From positions 28,197,175 to 28,261,174 of the forward strand of contig NC_092677.1 of assembly GCF_964355755.1 (NCBI RefSeq): DNA of 64,000 nucleotides, given 5' to 3'. Positions 62,007 through 64,000 of this stretch are shown here, one piece after another; position 1 is the stretch's first letter, and every line of letters starts with the position of its first letter. A program made the position numbers and the translations under genes. The notes under the pieces are model-generated. The model did not search any database. It was not told where the DNA came from and saw only the letters and a program-made list of their open reading frames with translations. This stretch comes from Antedon mediterranea. Its lineage: Eukaryota; Animalia; Echinodermata.

Positions 62007-64000
62007 ATCTTGTGAAAGACAGTTCTTCAAGTCCTCTGAAAGAAAATCTGCTTGTATCTTTGGATTCTATTATTGGGTTAGCAACTAAACTAGCTTTTAT
62101 TTCAGATGGTGAAAACAATTCATATAAGTCAACAGCAAGCATGTCATCCCAGTTGACGGATCATGACTACATGTTTCTACAAACTAAAGTTGATGAAGCT
62201 GGAAACGAGTCAAGACTTAGATGTACATTATGCTCCATGTATACTGAGAACTTAAAAGAACATCTTGAGAAACAACACATGATTTATAAGGAAAAAGTAC
62301 AAGAATTTGTGTCCAGTTACCTCGCAGATAGTAACAAAAACAAACCAGTGATGTGTATTGTATGTGAAACCGAGTACCAGACTTCAACTGATCTTAAAAA
62401 ACATAAGTGCCCCAAAGTGGTATGTACCGATTGTAGTAGTGCATTTAATAATGATTCACTATATGAAAACCACACTTGCTTAAGAGTTAAAACTTGCGGA
62501 AACTGCGAATATTCATTTAAAAATGTTGCTTTATTTATGAAACATATTTGTGAAAATCCCGAGAAACCTGGACAAAGTAAGGTTGAATTTGTAAATGGTG
62601 GTGTTCAAATTGTAAATCAACAATGTGAAGAAAATGTGACTGAAGAAGATTTGGTTAAGCGTAAAAGACGCTGTTCTTTCTGCGCATTCAGTACTATCCA
62701 TTCGACACAGCTTCTTAACCACTTCAAAGAAAAGCACATGAGTGACCAGGATGAGCAGAATACAACCAGTGAAAATGTGGATATTAATACGGATGATGAA
62801 ACTACAACTCAACTAAGTGAGAAATGCAAACGTTGCAGACGTACAGTACCAAACCTTGACAAACACAGACTTGTTTGTCAAGATCAAAAAGGCAAGACAT
62901 GCATTCTGTGCAAACACTATTCACGTGACACACATGATTATAAAATACATGTTGATACTCATAAGGTATGGCTTGATTTTGATGACGTAAAACATGCCAA
63001 AGAACACATAGATGACAATAATGATACTACAATTGCAGAAAGCGATAAACAGAGCACAACATCCATAAATATTGATTGCTCAACGCTAACCTCTGAAGAT
63101 GTAGATAAAATTGTAATGAAAATTACCAAAGAAAATTTAAATGATACACAAGAAAATGCAGAATATCCAGTAAAGGAAGAATCTAGCCGCAACCAAAACA
63201 CTCGCAAGTGCAAATCTTGCGGCAAGTTTATCGTGATTGACGTCTTACAACATCATATGCTAGTGTCGCACAACAAGGTCAGGTTCTTCAGGTGTTTTCT
63301 TGATACTTGCGTGAAAGTTTTCTCAAAGCTTGACAAATTTACTGACCATGTCAAACTACACTCTGAAAGTAAAGATATGCTGTGGTGTGGATGCAAGACT
63401 TGCGTGCAGATGCAACCGTCAGGCATAGCGAAAAGAAAAGAATTAAGGAAAGAAAAAATGAGACAATATTATCACAAAATGATGTATAAATGCAAAATCT
63501 GCTGGAGTAAGTTTCCCACTGAAGCAGGCTTGTTGAAACATAACAGCAATGAATCGCATCACTACCCTTGCCATGTATGCGGCAAAGTACAAGTTAGCAT
63601 CCGGCAGCTGAAAATACATATGCCTACTCACGACACTGCACGACTTCATCTGTGTGACATATGTGGTTTGGGGTACAAAACAAATAGAGATCTGAAGAAA
63701 CACAGAAACAATCATTCAGACGAACGTCCATTTGTGTGCGATTCGTGCGGAAAAGCTTTCCCAACAAAAGTTAAACTCAACCGCCATTTTGTTTGTGTGC
63801 ATAATCCTATAAAGGCATTTCCTTGTACTTACGATGGATGCGAGAAAAGATTTTCACGTAAAGATAAGCTAAAGGATCACCTTAACACCCATTTGGATGT
63901 TGAGCCGTTTAAGTGTCCGTATTGTAATAAAGGGTTTTACCGATCAGACAATCTGAGGGATCATGAGGTGCTGCATACCCGCAACTATAGATTCAAATGT
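62007..64000 (+). CDS. ZNF341: ZNF341-like multi-C2H2 zinc finger protein, large exon, open to the window end
   Basis: Acceptor TTTGTAG|AT; frame continues to 64000 (no stop, so not in the ORF track). Fingers CFLDTCVKVFSKLDKFTDHVKLH, YKCKICWSKFPTEAGLLKH, YPCHVCGKV...LKIHMPTH, GCEKRFSRKDKLKDHLNTH, HTRNYRFKC follow the ZNF341 array order. Confidence 0.85.

Noticed and set aside
62531-63715. Minus-strand ORFs over the zinc-finger exon
   Set aside because: Antisense shadows of the ZNF341-like + strand frame.

Overview
AT-rich, intron-containing eukaryotic DNA. It is probably from a marine invertebrate deuterostome (echinoderm-like), inferred from a Deu-domain SINE and the gene set. No prokaryotic features, CRISPR arrays or rRNA/tRNA genes were seen. 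Four protein-coding genes can be reconstructed by hand. (1) A two-exon + strand gene (2460-3023, 3308-3526), only half visible in the ORF track, encodes a 260-aa secreted neurotrophin/Spaetzle-like cystine-knot protein with an atypical cysteine pattern. (2) A two-coding-exon TRH-receptor-like GPCR lies on the - strand (12688-11732, 9184-8864). (3) A Friend-of-GATA (ZFPM/U-shaped-like) gene lies on the - strand, with PR-domain exons, about 10 zinc fingers and a PLDLS motif (42682-36091); its upstream region holds dense WGATAR clusters. (4) A head-to-head ZNF341-like gene on the + strand runs off the window end. The 16-27 kb region holds a nested transposon cluster. A non-autonomous Mutator/Foldback-like element carries a second 9-bp-TSD MITE, and forms a ~4-kb near-perfect palindrome whose overlapping TSDs record the insertion order, all inside a LINE 3' UTR. 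A third copy has been hit by a non-autonomous Helitron. Several minisatellites, Harbinger-like MITEs and LINE tails are also present. All family assignments come from visual motif recognition, not database searches.
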